Assembly (NCBI GenBank): GCA_041663025.1
Contig: JBAZRE010000001.1
Coordinates: 5,912-69,911 of the forward strand
From: Minisyncoccota bacterium
Lineage (GTDB): Bacteria > Patescibacteriota > Minisyncoccia > Phycocordibacterales > Phycocordibacteraceae
Direction: 5' to 3'
DNA length: 64,000 nt
In this document: piece by piece, positions 1 through 10,056 of the stretch
How positions within the stretch are numbered: the first letter of the stretch is position 1
How the letters are laid out: each line of letters begins with the position of its first letter
Program-made: the position numbers and the translations under genes
The notes under the pieces: generated by a model
Seen by the model: the letters and a program-made list of their open reading frames with translations, nothing else
Database searches by the model: none
What the model was told of the DNA's origin: nothing

Positions 1-228
1 CATCGCAACATTGATGATGCCGTAGGCACCGAAGATGATCACGAGACCGATGATGCCCCAGAACATCGCCTTGTGACCCTCCTCGCGCTTCGTTGCGTCC
101 CCTGCATGCGCGACAAACTCAAACACGCCCCAGAGGAAGACGACAAAGGCACCCGCGGAGAGAAGCAGAATAATCGGATTGATAATCTGCGTGACGACCT
201 TGTCGAGAAATGAGTTGAGAACGGGCAT
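1..228 (-). CDS. TrbC/VirB2-like pilin-family membrane protein (3' end truncated by window edge)
   Basis: Manual translation MPVLNSFLDKVVTQIINPIILLL...FLWGVFEF...EGHKAMFWGIIGLVII; same two-TM pattern as neighbouring paralogs. Confidence 0.7.
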   Translation of the reverse strand, partial: MPVLNSFLDKVVTQIINPIILLLSAGAFVVFLWGVFEFVAHAGDATKREEGHKAMFWGIIGLVIIFGAYGIINVAM

Positions 229-232
229 TTAA

Positions 233-610
233 CTAGCCACCGACTCGGACACCAGCTGAAGGAGTGCCGCCAGCGGGACCGCTGCCACTACCGAAACCAA
301 CTGTGCCGGTTAGGATGTTCACCAAGCCCCAAACTGAAACCATCACAAAGAAACCAATAAGACCCCAAAGCATAAGATTCTTGCCCTTCTCCTTTACATC
401 AGCAGAATTAGCACCGAGGATGAAGGTCTGGAATGCGCCCCAGAGGAAGACGATGAAGGCGACGGCGAAGAGAACCGGGACGAAGACGTTGTTGATGGTG
501 TTGATAATAAACGAGCCAACGTCTGCGATGTTATTGATAGCGGCGAGAGAGACGAGCGGCACGGCGAATGCAGCGAGCGATATTGCGGTGAGGGTAAGGG
601 CTTTTTTCAT
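233..610 (-). CDS. TrbC/VirB2-like (T4SS pilin-type) protein
   Basis: Signal-like N-terminus, two hydrophobic helices with FLWG...KGK..MLWGLIG motif typical of CPR pilins. Confidence 0.75.
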   Translation of the reverse strand: MKKALTLTAISLAAFAVPLVSLAAINNIADVGSFIINTINNVFVPVLFAVAFIVFLWGAFQTFILGANSADVKEKGKNLMLWGLIGFFVMVSVWGLVNILTGTVGFGSGSGPAGGTPSAGVRVGG

Positions 611-690
611 AAATTAAGTAATGATTAACAGGATAATTGTAGCTTTTCTGTAGACGTGGTCAATGCGGCTGTGGGCGGTGTGTGGATAGT

Positions 691-1875
691 CTAATTTTCT
701 ACCGGAGTATTCGAACAATCGCAACCTGTTGATGGATCATATGTGCACCCATCATTTATCATTTTACAATCAAGTTCCGCTTGTGAGGCTCCGCTATCGT
801 TGCTGCTGCTGGTATCAGTGATACATGTTCCTGGAGTACCTGAACACACGAGGCCGAGGCTGGTATTACATATGTCGTATTGTCCGGTACCACAAGTGCT
901 TCCAAGCGAACCGTCATTGACTGTGTAGCCTGTGAGACATGTACATAGCGACCAATCGTATTTATTGCCAGCTATTGATTCACAATCTATTATCTCGTCT
1001 CCTGTTGCCGCACATGTGTCAGTGCCACTTCCACTACTGCCAGTATTGGTACTGCCTGTTCTGGCACCACACCTAGAAACTCCAGAACTGGTAGCTCCGC
1101 ATGCTAGAGAGGGATCACAGTAATCATCATTGCAACACAGGGCTCCTTCTGTACCATCTCCACTGGCGCAATCAGCGCCACTTCCACTTCCACTTCCAGT
1201 ATCGCCACCACCGGTATTGGTACTGTCGTCGCAGTTACCAAAGATGGTACATGAGGTTACGCCTGGAGCGCAGACACTTTTAAAGAACGTGCCGCAAGTG
1301 ATAGTGCCACCACCTCCGCCACCAGGAACTACATAAACTTTTTGTGCGTTGCTATATGCGGTAGTTGCCGAGATGCATTGGCTGCTTGAACTGCCATATC
1401 GCGTACACGTAGTATTCTTGCTGGTATATAGATTATTCATCTGCGTCTGGGCTGCAGAGGTTCCACCGGGTCTCTGAGCACAGATTCCGTCAAAAAGTGA
1501 CCCGCCACTGCAATATCCGCTTGCACATTCAGGATGCGAAGTGCATGCTCCGCCGTTTGCCGTCAAGTCACCACCGCTGCTACCACCGATCGTCGGGAAT
1601 GGAGGCGCGTTCGTCGCGGAATTTAGGCCGAGTGTGCCCATGAAGATCTGCACAATGCCCCAGACTGAGAAGAGGAGCACAAAGCCGATGATGCCGTAGA
1701 GAGTGAAGACACGTCCTTCTGCACGTTTCTTTTCGTCGTCTGCTCCCTTGATGAAATAATTATAGATACCCCATAGGAATACGATGAACGCGACAGAAAT
1801 CAACGTTGGCACAAGAATGCCGTTGATAATGCCGGTTATGCTATTGGCATAGCCTTGGATGTAGGATGCGTCCAT
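691..1875 (-). CDS. Pilin-like membrane protein with Cys/Gly/Ser-rich extracellular tail
   Basis: N-terminal pilin motif (FLWG...EGRVFTLYGIIG) followed by ~28 Cys in repeated modules. Confidence 0.7.
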   Translation of the reverse strand: MDASYIQGYANSITGIINGILVPTLISVAFIVFLWGIYNYFIKGADDEKKRAEGRVFTLYGIIGFVLLFSVWGIVQIFMGTLGLNSATNAPPFPTIGGSSGGDLTANGGACTSHPECASGYCSGGSLFDGICAQRPGGTSAAQTQMNNLYTSKNTTCTRYGSSSSQCISATTAYSNAQKVYVVPGGGGGGTITCGTFFKSVCAPGVTSCTIFGNCDDSTNTGGGDTGSGSGSGADCASGDGTEGALCCNDDYCDPSLACGATSSGVSRCGARTGSTNTGSSGSGTDTCAATGDEIIDCESIAGNKYDWSLCTCLTGYTVNDGSLGSTCGTGQYDICNTSLGLVCSGTPGTCITDTSSSNDSGASQAELDCKMINDGCTYDPSTGCDCSNTPVEN

Positions 1876-1886
1876 AGAGGTGATGA

Positions 1887-2282
1887 TTAATACGACGTCG
1901 GGAGCGGCGGTGCGTAGTATCCCGAGAGACCGAATGTGTTGGCGACGACATTCACTAGCCCCCAGATAGAGATCATGATGGCGAATGCGACGATGCCCCA
2001 GAGGACAAGGTGATGGCCCTCCGCAACCTTCGTGGTGTCGCCATAAGAGAAGATGTATGCCTTCGCGATGCCGTAGAGGAAGACGATGAAGGCGATGGCG
2101 AAGAGTACCGGCACCAAGACCGAATTGATAATGTTGAGAATCATCCCACCGAGCCAGCAGATGTAGACATCACAGCCATCGATGGAGGAGTAGCTCAAAT
2201 AGCCGCTAGCTGCAAAAGCGAACGACGGAGCAAGAAGTGTTGTAAGAATAAGTGCGGCACGGGTTATTTTTTTCATTTTCAT
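1887..2282 (-). CDS. TrbC/VirB2-like pilin protein
   Basis: Signal peptide (AFA|AS), FLYG...EGHHLVLWGIV motif. Confidence 0.7.
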   Translation of the reverse strand: MKMKKITRAALILTTLLAPSFAFAASGYLSYSSIDGCDVYICWLGGMILNIINSVLVPVLFAIAFIVFLYGIAKAYIFSYGDTTKVAEGHHLVLWGIVAFAIMISIWGLVNVVANTFGLSGYYAPPLPTSY

Positions 2283-2302
2283 ATAGTTAAGAGTATGACA
2301 CG

Positions 2303-2575
2303 TTATGCGCCTGGTGCGATACCGAGCGTGGATAACAATAGATTCACGAATCCCCAGACCGAGAAGAACACCACCATCCCGAGAATGCCCCAGAAGATGA
2401 AATCTCGGCCCTCTTTCAACTTCGCTTCATCGCCATTATTACTGAAGAAGAAATACTTCACCACACCCCAGATGAAAACTGCGAAGATAAACGCGCCGAT
2501 GAGCGGTACGACAATTGTGTTGATGATGCCGATAATGCCGGTCGTGCCACTGCCGACAAATTGAGCGAAGGTCAT
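2303..2575 (-). CDS. TrbC/VirB2-like pilin protein
   Basis: FIWG...EGRDFIFWGILG motif; start placed at ATG 2575. Confidence 0.7.
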   Translation of the reverse strand: MTFAQFVGSGTTGIIGIINTIVVPLIGAFIFAVFIWGVVKYFFFSNNGDEAKLKEGRDFIFWGILGMVVFFSVWGFVNLLLSTLGIAPGA

Positions 2576-2576
2576 A

Positions 2577-2993
2577 CTAGCCGCCAAGCGCCTGCACAGT
2601 CGCGGTGATACTTATTTGTATCGCCTGCGCTCCGAGCAATATCAAAGCACCAATAACTGTCCAGAGGAGCGCCTTGTGTGCCTCTTCTAGTTTCCCAGGA
2701 TTACCCTGCGCCTTGACATACAAGAAGCCGATATACACCAACATCAAGACAACGGCGATAGCGCCGATACGCACGACGAATTTCAGAATGCTATTGAGGA
2801 AGGCCATTAAGCAATCGCCATTACTGCTACTGCAGTCAATACCTTTGAGCGGGTTGATGAGGGTGACTTTTTGTCCTGAAGCGCCAATTATCGGTGTGGG
2901 CGTTACAGGCTTACCCGTCACTGGTGTTATCTGCGCGAGCGCCGTAGGCGCGAGCGTGAAGAAGACAAAAATGGCAATTAGAGCAAGACGCAT
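2577..2993 (-). CDS. TrbC/VirB2-like pilin protein
   Basis: Signal peptide, LINPL, GF.YV.AQGNP.KL..A...LLWT.IG motif; start placed at ATG 2993. Confidence 0.75.
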   Translation of the reverse strand: MRLALIAIFVFFTLAPTALAQITPVTGKPVTPTPIIGASGQKVTLINPLKGIDCSSSNGDCLMAFLNSILKFVVRIGAIAVVLMLVYIGFLYVKAQGNPGKLEEAHKALLWTVIGALILLGAQAIQISITATVQALGG

Positions 2994-2994
2994 A

Positions 2995-4302
2995 CTATTG
3001 TTGCAAGAGTGCACTCAAGGATCGCCCAGCAGAGACAAGAGCGGTGGCGAGACCTGAACGACCGGTTATCACATCTGTAATCATACCCGAGAAGACCGCG
3101 TCAGTGTCAGCTGGCATTGGGGACAGCCAACCGCTTGTGTAGAGTGCTTCAGCATACGCAACTGCAGCGACAGGGTCGGCGGGAGCTGTCGCAAGCTCGC
3201 TCAATACTGCGGGCGCGAGCCCTGTGAGAGATGCCGCTTCTTCCTGCGCGACAGGATTAGTTAGAAGTGCGGCGGCCTGATATGCACCAGAAGAGTTCTG
3301 CGTACCAATAGGGATCATAAAAGCATATACGAGACCATACGCGCTCTTTGTCGTGGCGATTGCCGGCTGTGGCACAGGCGAAACACCGAAATCAAGATTT
3401 GGATTTGCTGATACAAGGAAGTGCGCTTCAGAAGCGTAGCCGAGATAGAGTGCGAGGTCTCCTGCAAGAAATGCTTGTTGAGAATCACGCAAAGAAGCAT
3501 TCCAGGTGTACGAGATCTTCGATGGGTCGGCAAATTGTGTGTAGAAGCCGAGCACGGCTTCTCCAGCTGACACACCACTCCCTGTGGCGGATCTCTCGCC
3601 AAGATTTGCACTAAGAACACCGCCTGAAGAATATGAAGAAAGCTGGGTGCCCGTTTGTAGGAATAGTGTTGAGAGTATGCCGCGACTATTGTGAACATTG
3701 TCATAAGAACCGAGAGCAATGAGCCCGCGTGTGATTTGTCGTGCTGGTGTCATGATCGCCACATTCGGCACAAGACCAGTGAGAGCCTCCCAGGTCGTCG
3801 GCGGCTTCGCGATACCGTCAGAAGAGAGGATTGTGTGGTTTGAGAATAGGACAAGCGGATCGACAAGAAATGGTATGCCGTAGTATCCGTCTGCTGCCGC
3901 GAAGAGCTGTCCTTCTCCAACGAACGTGCTGGTGAAGGTTGCCGCGGAGAGCGTGGTCGACGGTATTGGAGTGATGAACTTCGCAATGGTATGCAGCTCC
4001 TCTTGTGAAGCGAGCACTAGGTCAGGCCCCGATCCTGTCGCTATCGCTGTGGCAAGGTCATTGGGAAGAGTTGCGGGATCTTTTTGCACATACGAAACAT
4101 TCTTGAGACCCGTCTCGGTTTTTGCAACGGCCGTGAGCATGCTCTGCATTCCCTCTTTCGGTAACGTACCCCAAATAACAACGGTGCCGACTGCACTTCC
4201 ACCGCCACTGTTACTCGTGTAGGTTGCGAAGACAAATAGACCGATAATGGCGGCGAGACCGAAGACTCCGAACAAAATGCCTTGGAAGAGAGAGACTTTC
4301 AT
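2995..4302 (-). CDS. Extracellular solute-binding protein family 1 (sugar-binding-like)
   Basis: N-terminal TM anchor, V.IWG, GPDL, YGIPF..D.L.L..N, PPTTWE motifs. Confidence 0.75.
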   Translation of the reverse strand: MKVSLFQGILFGVFGLAAIIGLFVFATYTSNSGGGSAVGTVVIWGTLPKEGMQSMLTAVAKTETGLKNVSYVQKDPATLPNDLATAIATGSGPDLVLASQEELHTIAKFITPIPSTTLSAATFTSTFVGEGQLFAAADGYYGIPFLVDPLVLFSNHTILSSDGIAKPPTTWEALTGLVPNVAIMTPARQITRGLIALGSYDNVHNSRGILSTLFLQTGTQLSSYSSGGVLSANLGERSATGSGVSAGEAVLGFYTQFADPSKISYTWNASLRDSQQAFLAGDLALYLGYASEAHFLVSANPNLDFGVSPVPQPAIATTKSAYGLVYAFMIPIGTQNSSGAYQAAALLTNPVAQEEAASLTGLAPAVLSELATAPADPVAAVAYAEALYTSGWLSPMPADTDAVFSGMITDVITGRSGLATALVSAGRSLSALLQQ

Positions 4303-4305
4303 AAG

Positions 4306-4842
4306 TTATGGTGCTGTAAAAATAATCCCGTAATGGTGCGACCCCGCGCGAAATGACTTCACCTTATGGAAGCCGTTATTGATAAAAAATTCTTCTGCTT
4401 CATGTTCAGTTATGACCTGCTCTGGCGAAGGACCCATACCCCCGTAACTTCCCGCCCAGTCGACAAGAAGGAGTTTGCCGCCAGACTTCAGCACGCGCCG
4501 TATCTCCTTCAAGAGTTCTGGGCGATTCTCGATTTGGAAGAGCGTGTTCGCAAGCATGACGGCATCAAGCGATGCGTCGCGCAAATGGGTGCCACCAAGC
4601 TTTTCGATATCGCCCCAAACCGTATCGATGATGCTCCGATGGTGTTCGTGTGAATTGAGTTTGAGATGCTTCAACACATCTTCTTGTATATCGATTGCGT
4701 AGACTCTGCCACTTGGCCCGACTACTGCAGCAGCCATGCGCGAATAGTGACCAGAGCCGGCGCCAAAGTCTCCCACCTGCATCCCCTCGCGGAGTCCTAG
4801 CTGGAGGACGTTATCTCTAGGAGAACTGAATTGCGCATCCAT
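4306..4842 (-). CDS. Class I SAM-dependent methyltransferase
   Basis: DFGAGSG SAM-binding motif, RVLKSGG; start placed at ATG 4842. Confidence 0.85.
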   Translation of the reverse strand: MDAQFSSPRDNVLQLGLREGMQVGDFGAGSGHYSRMAAAVVGPSGRVYAIDIQEDVLKHLKLNSHEHHRSIIDTVWGDIEKLGGTHLRDASLDAVMLANTLFQIENRPELLKEIRRVLKSGGKLLLVDWAGSYGGMGPSPEQVITEHEAEEFFINNGFHKVKSFRAGSHHYGIIFTAP

Positions 4843-4961
4843 ACCATATAAAATACCACGTGCGGCCCGCAGCGGGCCGCACAATCAACAGAATATGCTA
4901 TTCTCTACCTCAGAGGCTTACAGGAACTAAACGGCTAGACTGCTCTTTTAAGGAGGCAACT

Positions 4962-5156
4962 ATGACAGTCATGAGTGAGGAGGAAAAACGGAAAAGAAAT
5001 GAGGATCTCCGCATTTTTGCCAGCACCGGTGTAGCGTCGCCGGAGCTACAAGCATCAAACGACGCTTTCTTTGCGAGAAATCGTGAGGCAATCAGAGGAG
5101 CGCTCAAGATGCTGGGAGAACATCCCTACGCAGACAAAATCCGATGGTCGAACTAG
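4962..5156 (+). CDS. Small hypothetical protein
   Basis: AAGGAGG SD before ATG 4962, followed by terminator hairpin. Confidence 0.6.
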   Translation: MTVMSEEEKRKRNEDLRIFASTGVASPELQASNDAFFARNREAIRGALKMLGEHPYADKIRWSN

Positions 5157-5171
5157 TTTTTACTTACGTGC

Positions 5172-5205
5172 AAATGCCCGGCAATTCCCCGGGCATTTCT
5201 TTTTT
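5172..5205 (+). terminator. Intrinsic terminator
   Basis: AAATGCCCGG...CCGGGCATTT hairpin plus T-run. Confidence 0.7.
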
Positions 5206-5212
5206 CACACTA

Positions 5213-5248
5213 TATCCTTATCTTTACCGACCGGTATTTATAAGAATA
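5213..5248. repeat. Palindromic direct repeat, downstream copy flanking PaaX/Cas2-like gene 1
   Basis: TATCCTTATCTTTACCGACCGGTATTTATAAGAATA; first 21 nt match 5859-5895 at 20 positions. Confidence 0.8.
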
Positions 5249-5256
5249 TTCAGAAG

Positions 5257-5838
5257 TTACATTAAAGGAAGATTGAATTGCCGTCGGATACCTTTGTCGT
5301 GTTCTATTGTATCGGCAATTGCATAGAGAACATCCTTGCCTATCTTGAGTTCTGCTTTGAGAAGCGCGATGAAATCTTCGCAATCATAAGGGTAGACCCA
5401 CACGCTATCTTGCAAACGAATGAATCCCACTTCGCGCATGACAGCACATAGACGAAATCTCACTCGGCTTCTTCGTTCGGGAATATCAAAGACGATCATT
5501 CGCCAACGCTTATCCCATTTCTTTTTCTGATTTTTAATAGCAACTTTCGCTTGCTCAAGAGCAACCGCTTTGCGTCCTTTAGGGGTTATTCGTAAAAATT
5601 TCTTTCCATCTCTTTCGATCCAGTTTGCATATCCTTTGGTTACTAAACGCCCTGATGCTGACTTTGCTCTATACCTCAAGTTGTATTTTTCATTTGGCAG
5701 GTATTTGAGGAGCTGAAGAGCGTTCCCAGCGATGGCCGCTACAGCAATAAAGCCCGTGACTGCGACGGCAGCAAGCACTGCGTGTTGGATATCTCGTTTC
5801 TTTTTCCTTTTTCGCGACGTCTCTTCGAGTTTCCCCAT
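5257..5838 (-). CDS. PaaX-like protein with wHTH and Cas2-like C-terminal domain (copy 1)
   Basis: LRITPKG wing, WDKRWRMIVFDIPE...RLQDSVWVYPYDC motif. Confidence 0.8.
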   Translation of the reverse strand: MGKLEETSRKRKKKRDIQHAVLAAVAVTGFIAVAAIAGNALQLLKYLPNEKYNLRYRAKSASGRLVTKGYANWIERDGKKFLRITPKGRKAVALEQAKVAIKNQKKKWDKRWRMIVFDIPERRSRVRFRLCAVMREVGFIRLQDSVWVYPYDCEDFIALLKAELKIGKDVLYAIADTIEHDKGIRRQFNLPLM

Positions 5839-5858
5839 TAGCTTTAGTATAAATCAAA

Positions 5859-5895
5859 TATCCCTATCTTTACCGACCGATTGTTGATAAGGATA
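5859..5895. repeat. Palindromic direct repeat, upstream copy flanking PaaX/Cas2-like gene 1
   Basis: TATCCCTATCTTTACCGACCGATTGTTGATAAGGATA with TATCC.TATC/GATAAGGATA inverted ends. Confidence 0.8.
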
Positions 5896-5934
5896 CGACT
5901 TCTAGGACGACGCCTCAGATGAGCGAATTGGCTT

Positions 5935-6084
5935 TTATTTGGTCCGCCAATTTATTTCAAAACAAAGGGAGTATTTGTTCGGAATATTCCATCTCGAGAA
6001 TCGAAGCCAGAAAAATTGGAACTTGTTATCACTAATCTTCCCGAAACCAAATCGGTTAAGCGTGAGCTCAATATCTATGGACAT
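5935..6084 (-). CDS. Possible 49-aa small protein
   Basis: Manual ORF MSIDIELTLNRFGFG...INWRTK filling the gap after gyrA; no recognisable motif. Confidence 0.3.
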   Translation of the reverse strand: MSIDIELTLNRFGFGKISDNKFQFFWLRFSRWNIPNKYSLCFEINWRTK

Positions 6085-6104
6085 ACTTGATTTATCGCTT
6101 ATTT

Positions 6105-8573
6105 CTATAACGCAACCATGCTGGCGATGGAGTCGCCCTCGCGCATTTTCATGATACGGACACCTTGAGTCGCGCGGGAAAGGAGCGAAATTTCGGCAAC
6201 GCCGGTACGGATCACTTGCCCTTTCTTAGAAACAACCACCAATTCTTCTTCTTTGAGGTCGCCAATGCAGACGCGCGCGCCGATAATCTCGCCCGTCTTC
6301 GGTGTCACTTCTGCCGTCTTGATACCCGAACCGCCGCGACCCTGCACCTTATATTCAGACAGCTTGGTGCGCTTGCCGTAACCTTTGCTCATAATAACGA
6401 GGAGTGATGCCTCACGAGCCGCAGCAGAGATCACTTCTGCCGAAACCACCTTGTCGCCTTTCTTCACACTCATACCGCGCACACCACCGGCCGTGCGCCC
6501 CATCTCTCGCACTTCTTCAGTATCAAAACGAATCGACTGCCCTTTTGACGTCACGATCGAGACCGTGTCGCCCTCTGCCGAGTGATGAGCCGAGACGAGT
6601 TTGTCACCCTTCTTCAAATTAATCGCGATGATGCCCGAGCGCCGCACATCAGAGAACGACTTCGCTGCCACGCGCTTCACGACACCCTGCTCGGTTACAA
6701 AAACGACTGACGAGGCATCGAGCGCAGCACCCTTCGGCACCGGCAATATTGAAGTAACATTCTCATCTCCCGCGAGCGCGAGGAAGTTCATAATGCTCTT
6801 GCCCTTGGTCGCGCGCTTCCCTTCTGGGATCTCATACATCTTGAGCTGATACGCCTTACCGAAGTCGGTGAAGAAGAGAAGATCGCTGTGTGCATTGGTC
6901 ACCAAGAAGTGCGTCACAATGTCTTCTTCTTTGGTCGCGATATCCACGACACCCACACCGCCGCGCTTCTGCTTCTTATATTCATTTGGATTCGTTCGCT
7001 TGATGTATCCGCCCTGCGTCATAATCAACATCGACTCTTCATCGGGCACAAGATCTTCGGCAGAGATGTTCTGCACGCCGCCACGTACAATCTTGGTACG
7101 TCGATCATCGCCATATTTCAGGGCGAGCTCGGCGAGTTCGCTCTTCACCACCGCGAGAATCTTCTTGGGCGAGGAGAGAATTTCTTTAAGCTTCTTGATG
7201 AGTGTCTGAATCTCGGAGAGCTCGTCTTCTAGCTTCTTGCGTTCGAGACCAGCAAGCTTCGAGAGACGCATTTCGAGAATCGCCGCTGCCTGCAAAGATG
7301 AGAAGCCAAATTTCTTTTGGAGCGCGAGACTCGCCGATGGCACATCAGCCGCCTTCTTAATGATCGCAATAACCTCGTCGATATGATCGAGCGCCTTGCA
7401 GAGCCCGAGGAGGATGTGCTCGCGCGCCTCGGCCTGTCGCAGATCGTATTCAGTACGGCGCTTCACTACCTCTTGACGATGATGCACAAAGTGACCGAGC
7501 ATTCCCGAGAGTGAGAGCATCTCTGGCACGCCGTCGACGAGCGCGAGCATGTTGTAGTGGAAAGTGCTCTCGAGCTCGGTGTGTTTATACAAAGCGTTCA
7601 AGACCGCCTGCGGATGCGCTGTGCCTTTGAGCTCAACCACCACTCGAATGTCTGAGGTAGACTCGTCACGCAAGTCGCGAATGCCTTCAAGCTTCTTCTC
7701 TTGTACCAGCTCAGCGATACGCGTGATGAGCTCGCTCTTATTCACGCGATATGGAATAGAAGTGATAACGATGTGAGTGTCCTTTTTGCTGTCGTCAATA
7801 ATCTCCGCTTCGCCGCGCACTACCACCGGCCCCTTGCCCGAGCCATAGGCATGTTTGATATCCGTATGATTAAAGGCGACGCCGCCGAGCGGGAAATCGG
7901 GGCCTTTTACAAACTGCAGAAGATCATCGGTTGTTGCATCAGGATTATCGATAAGATGTATCGCTGCGGCAACAACCTCGCGGAGATTGTGTGGCGGGAT
8001 GTTCGTCGCCATGCCGACTGCGATGCCGAGCGTACCGTTCAAGAGCAGGTTTGGCAACGCTGCAGGGAGGACGTTCGGCTCTTCGCGCGTCGCGTCATAG
8101 TTTGGATTCCACGCGACAGTCTCCTTCTCAAGATCAAGGAGGAGCGCTTCGGCGATGCGCGACATCTTCGCCTCGGTGTAGCGCATGGCGGCTGGACTAT
8201 CGCCGTCAATGGAGCCGAAGTTGCCCTGCCCAAGCACGAGCGGATATCGGTGAGAGAAGTCTTGCGCCATCTTCGCCATCGAGTCGTAGACCGCAACATC
8301 GCCGTGCGGGTGATATTTACCGAGCACTTCGCCGACGACTGTGGCCGACTTGCGGAATTTCGCACCCGGCACGAGTCCCATGTCCTTCATCGCATAAAGG
8401 ATGCGGCGGTGCACCGGCTTCAAGCCGTCACGTACATCTGGTAGAGCGCGACTCGTGATGACAGACATCGCGTAGTCGAGATATGAAGTGCGCATCTCCG
8501 AGACGATCGGTTGATCAATGACGTTTGCCGCCACGATAGATACTCCTCCAGGATTTTTATCTTTTGAAGCCAT
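6105..8573 (-). CDS. gyrA: DNA gyrase subunit A
   Basis: [29 protein letters not shown], GyrA-box QKRGGVG, C-terminal pinwheel repeats. Confidence 0.98.
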   Translation of the reverse strand: MASKDKNPGGVSIVAANVIDQPIVSEMRTSYLDYAMSVITSRALPDVRDGLKPVHRRILYAMKDMGLVPGAKFRKSATVVGEVLGKYHPHGDVAVYDSMAKMAQDFSHRYPLVLGQGNFGSIDGDSPAAMRYTEAKMSRIAEALLLDLEKETVAWNPNYDATREEPNVLPAALPNLLLNGTLGIAVGMATNIPPHNLREVVAAAIHLIDNPDATTDDLLQFVKGPDFPLGGVAFNHTDIKHAYGSGKGPVVVRGEAEIIDDSKKDTHIVITSIPYRVNKSELITRIAELVQEKKLEGIRDLRDESTSDIRVVVELKGTAHPQAVLNALYKHTELESTFHYNMLALVDGVPEMLSLSGMLGHFVHHRQEVVKRRTEYDLRQAEAREHILLGLCKALDHIDEVIAIIKKAADVPSASLALQKKFGFSSLQAAAILEMRLSKLAGLERKKLEDELSEIQTLIKKLKEILSSPKKILAVVKSELAELALKYGDDRRTKIVRGGVQNISAEDLVPDEESMLIMTQGGYIKRTNPNEYKKQKRGGVGVVDIATKEEDIVTHFLVTNAHSDLLFFTDFGKAYQLKMYEIPEGKRATKGKSIMNFLALAGDENVTSILPVPKGAALDASSVVFVTEQGVVKRVAAKSFSDVRRSGIIAINLKKGDKLVSAHHSAEGDTVSIVTSKGQSIRFDTEEVREMGRTAGGVRGMSVKKGDKVVSAEVISAAAREASLLVIMSKGYGKRTKLSEYKVQGRGGSGIKTAEVTPKTGEIIGARVCIGDLKEEELVVVSKKGQVIRTGVAEISLLSRATQGVRIMKMREGDSIASMVAL

Positions 8574-8576
8574 TAT

Positions 8577-8933
8577 TTAAAACGGGAGGATTGTCTGCTC
8601 TGCCTGCTTCACAGGAAGCTTTGATGGCGAAGTGTCTACAATCTCGATATGCGCGGGTACGTCCCCGTCTTGAAGCGCCGCCGCGGCGCCAGCAATCCCG
8701 CCGACGGCGGGATGTGAGTTAGAACCTGTATCGGTCGTGATTGCTGGTTCCTGACTCGTACTCTCGGCAAATGTGCTTCCCTGAATAGCAAATTTCCCAG
8801 ACGAGAGTGTACCTACGAACCACACTAGAGCGATAAGAGAGGTTCCAATCCCGGCAACGCCGAAGACGATCCTCTTCCGGATGTGGTGCGGCTTTCCTTT
8901 TGCGTATTCAATATGTTCAAAAATGGTTTTCAT
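8577..8933 (-). CDS. Hypothetical single-TM protein
   Basis: KPHHIRKRI followed by TM helix; downstream in operon-like arrangement with gyrA. Confidence 0.6.
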   Translation of the reverse strand: MKTIFEHIEYAKGKPHHIRKRIVFGVAGIGTSLIALVWFVGTLSSGKFAIQGSTFAESTSQEPAITTDTGSNSHPAVGGIAGAAAALQDGDVPAHIEIVDTSPSKLPVKQAEQTILPF

Positions 8934-8950
8934 GCGAGTTAGGCAAGATC

Positions 8951-9592
8951 TTATGGCTGCATCACAATTATACTCCCATCGCGACCAATGAGATCCTTCT
9001 TTTTCAATGTTAATTTATCAACTGTATCGCTCCCGTTCCCGGTCGCTTTCAAGAATGCTTCAAGTGCTTTCGGCTGACCGATACCACTCCAGTGCATCGG
9101 GATGATGATCTTCGGCTCGAGCGAGACCGCGAGCTCATGCGCTTTTGATGGGGAGAGGACACCATCGCCTCCAACTGGAACGAAAAGCACATCAACCTCG
9201 CCCATGTTCTCGCGCGCCTCCTTAGAGAGCTCGGCATCAGCGAGAGCTCCTAGATGCACGAGTGTCATGTCTTCAAGCTCAACACTATAGATAGTATTCA
9301 CCGCTTCTTCCTGACCTTTTGCAAGACCATATTTAGATTTAGAGAGAAATCCTTGAATATTAATGCCTTGTTTTTCGTATTCACCGGGGCCAGTGATTGC
9401 AAATGGCTTCTTCTCGCCGTAGGTCACTTCTTCAACACCATTCATATCTGCATGATCGCGTGAGACGAGAGCGATGTCCGCGCCGAAGCGTACCGGAGGC
9501 AAACTTGCACCTTTGGCAATTGGATCAAATACAAGCGTTAAGTCACCAAAAGTGACTTTAAAACACTGCCCGCCGTGGTGGGTTATGACCAT
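8951..9592 (-). CDS. Metallo-beta-lactamase fold hydrolase
   Basis: GPGEYE, HLGAL, VPVGG, IIIPMHW motifs. Confidence 0.8.
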   Translation of the reverse strand: MVITHHGGQCFKVTFGDLTLVFDPIAKGASLPPVRFGADIALVSRDHADMNGVEEVTYGEKKPFAITGPGEYEKQGINIQGFLSKSKYGLAKGQEEAVNTIYSVELEDMTLVHLGALADAELSKEARENMGEVDVLFVPVGGDGVLSPSKAHELAVSLEPKIIIPMHWSGIGQPKALEAFLKATGNGSDTVDKLTLKKKDLIGRDGSIIVMQP

Positions 9593-9996
9593 AATTTAGG
9601 CTTATTCTATCATAAAACGCCTCTATCCACAACGGGTTTTATAGACTCTTGCGAAGAAAACTGGCTCTGCTATATTCATATTCAGACAAGTTCCTTGGAT
9701 CGGCGTGTTGCCGAGGCGCTCATGTCTTCACTGGGCCGGTTGGCTAAACTAAAGGAGATTGCTCTATGATTGCTTTTACATGCAGTACAACGTTTTGAAC
9801 CTTGTGAAATCATGATGTAGTAATCTGGTCGTCTCGCCTGACCTTAGTCAGCGAGACCGTTAGAAGGATTAACTCGGCCGGATGGCCACAACTAGATGCC
9901 CGCTTCCTCTCGGAGGACCGGGCATTTACCTTTTTCATACTTTCTGCTATAGTCCCTCTGTTGCGTGCTGAGAAGTAGATTCTGGCTAACACTGAT

Positions 9997-10019
9997 GTTC
10001 TAAGGTTTAACCTCAGAAC
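9997..10019. repeat. REP-like palindrome (AGGTTNAACCT family)
   Basis: GTTCTAAGGTTTAACCTCAGAAC; core also at 31321-31335. Confidence 0.5.
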
Positions 10020-10056
10020 CAGCACCGGATTCGAAAATCTGCATAGCTTTATATAA

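Noticed and set aside
7701-8458. Long antisense ORFs over gyrA, and similar ones over ftsZ, ftsH, lepA and rpsA
   Set aside because: Shadow frames of conserved genes, with no motifs or initiation signals
6105-8573. gyrA without adjacent gyrB, or parC identity
   Set aside because: The GyrA-box is present, and split gyrA/gyrB is common
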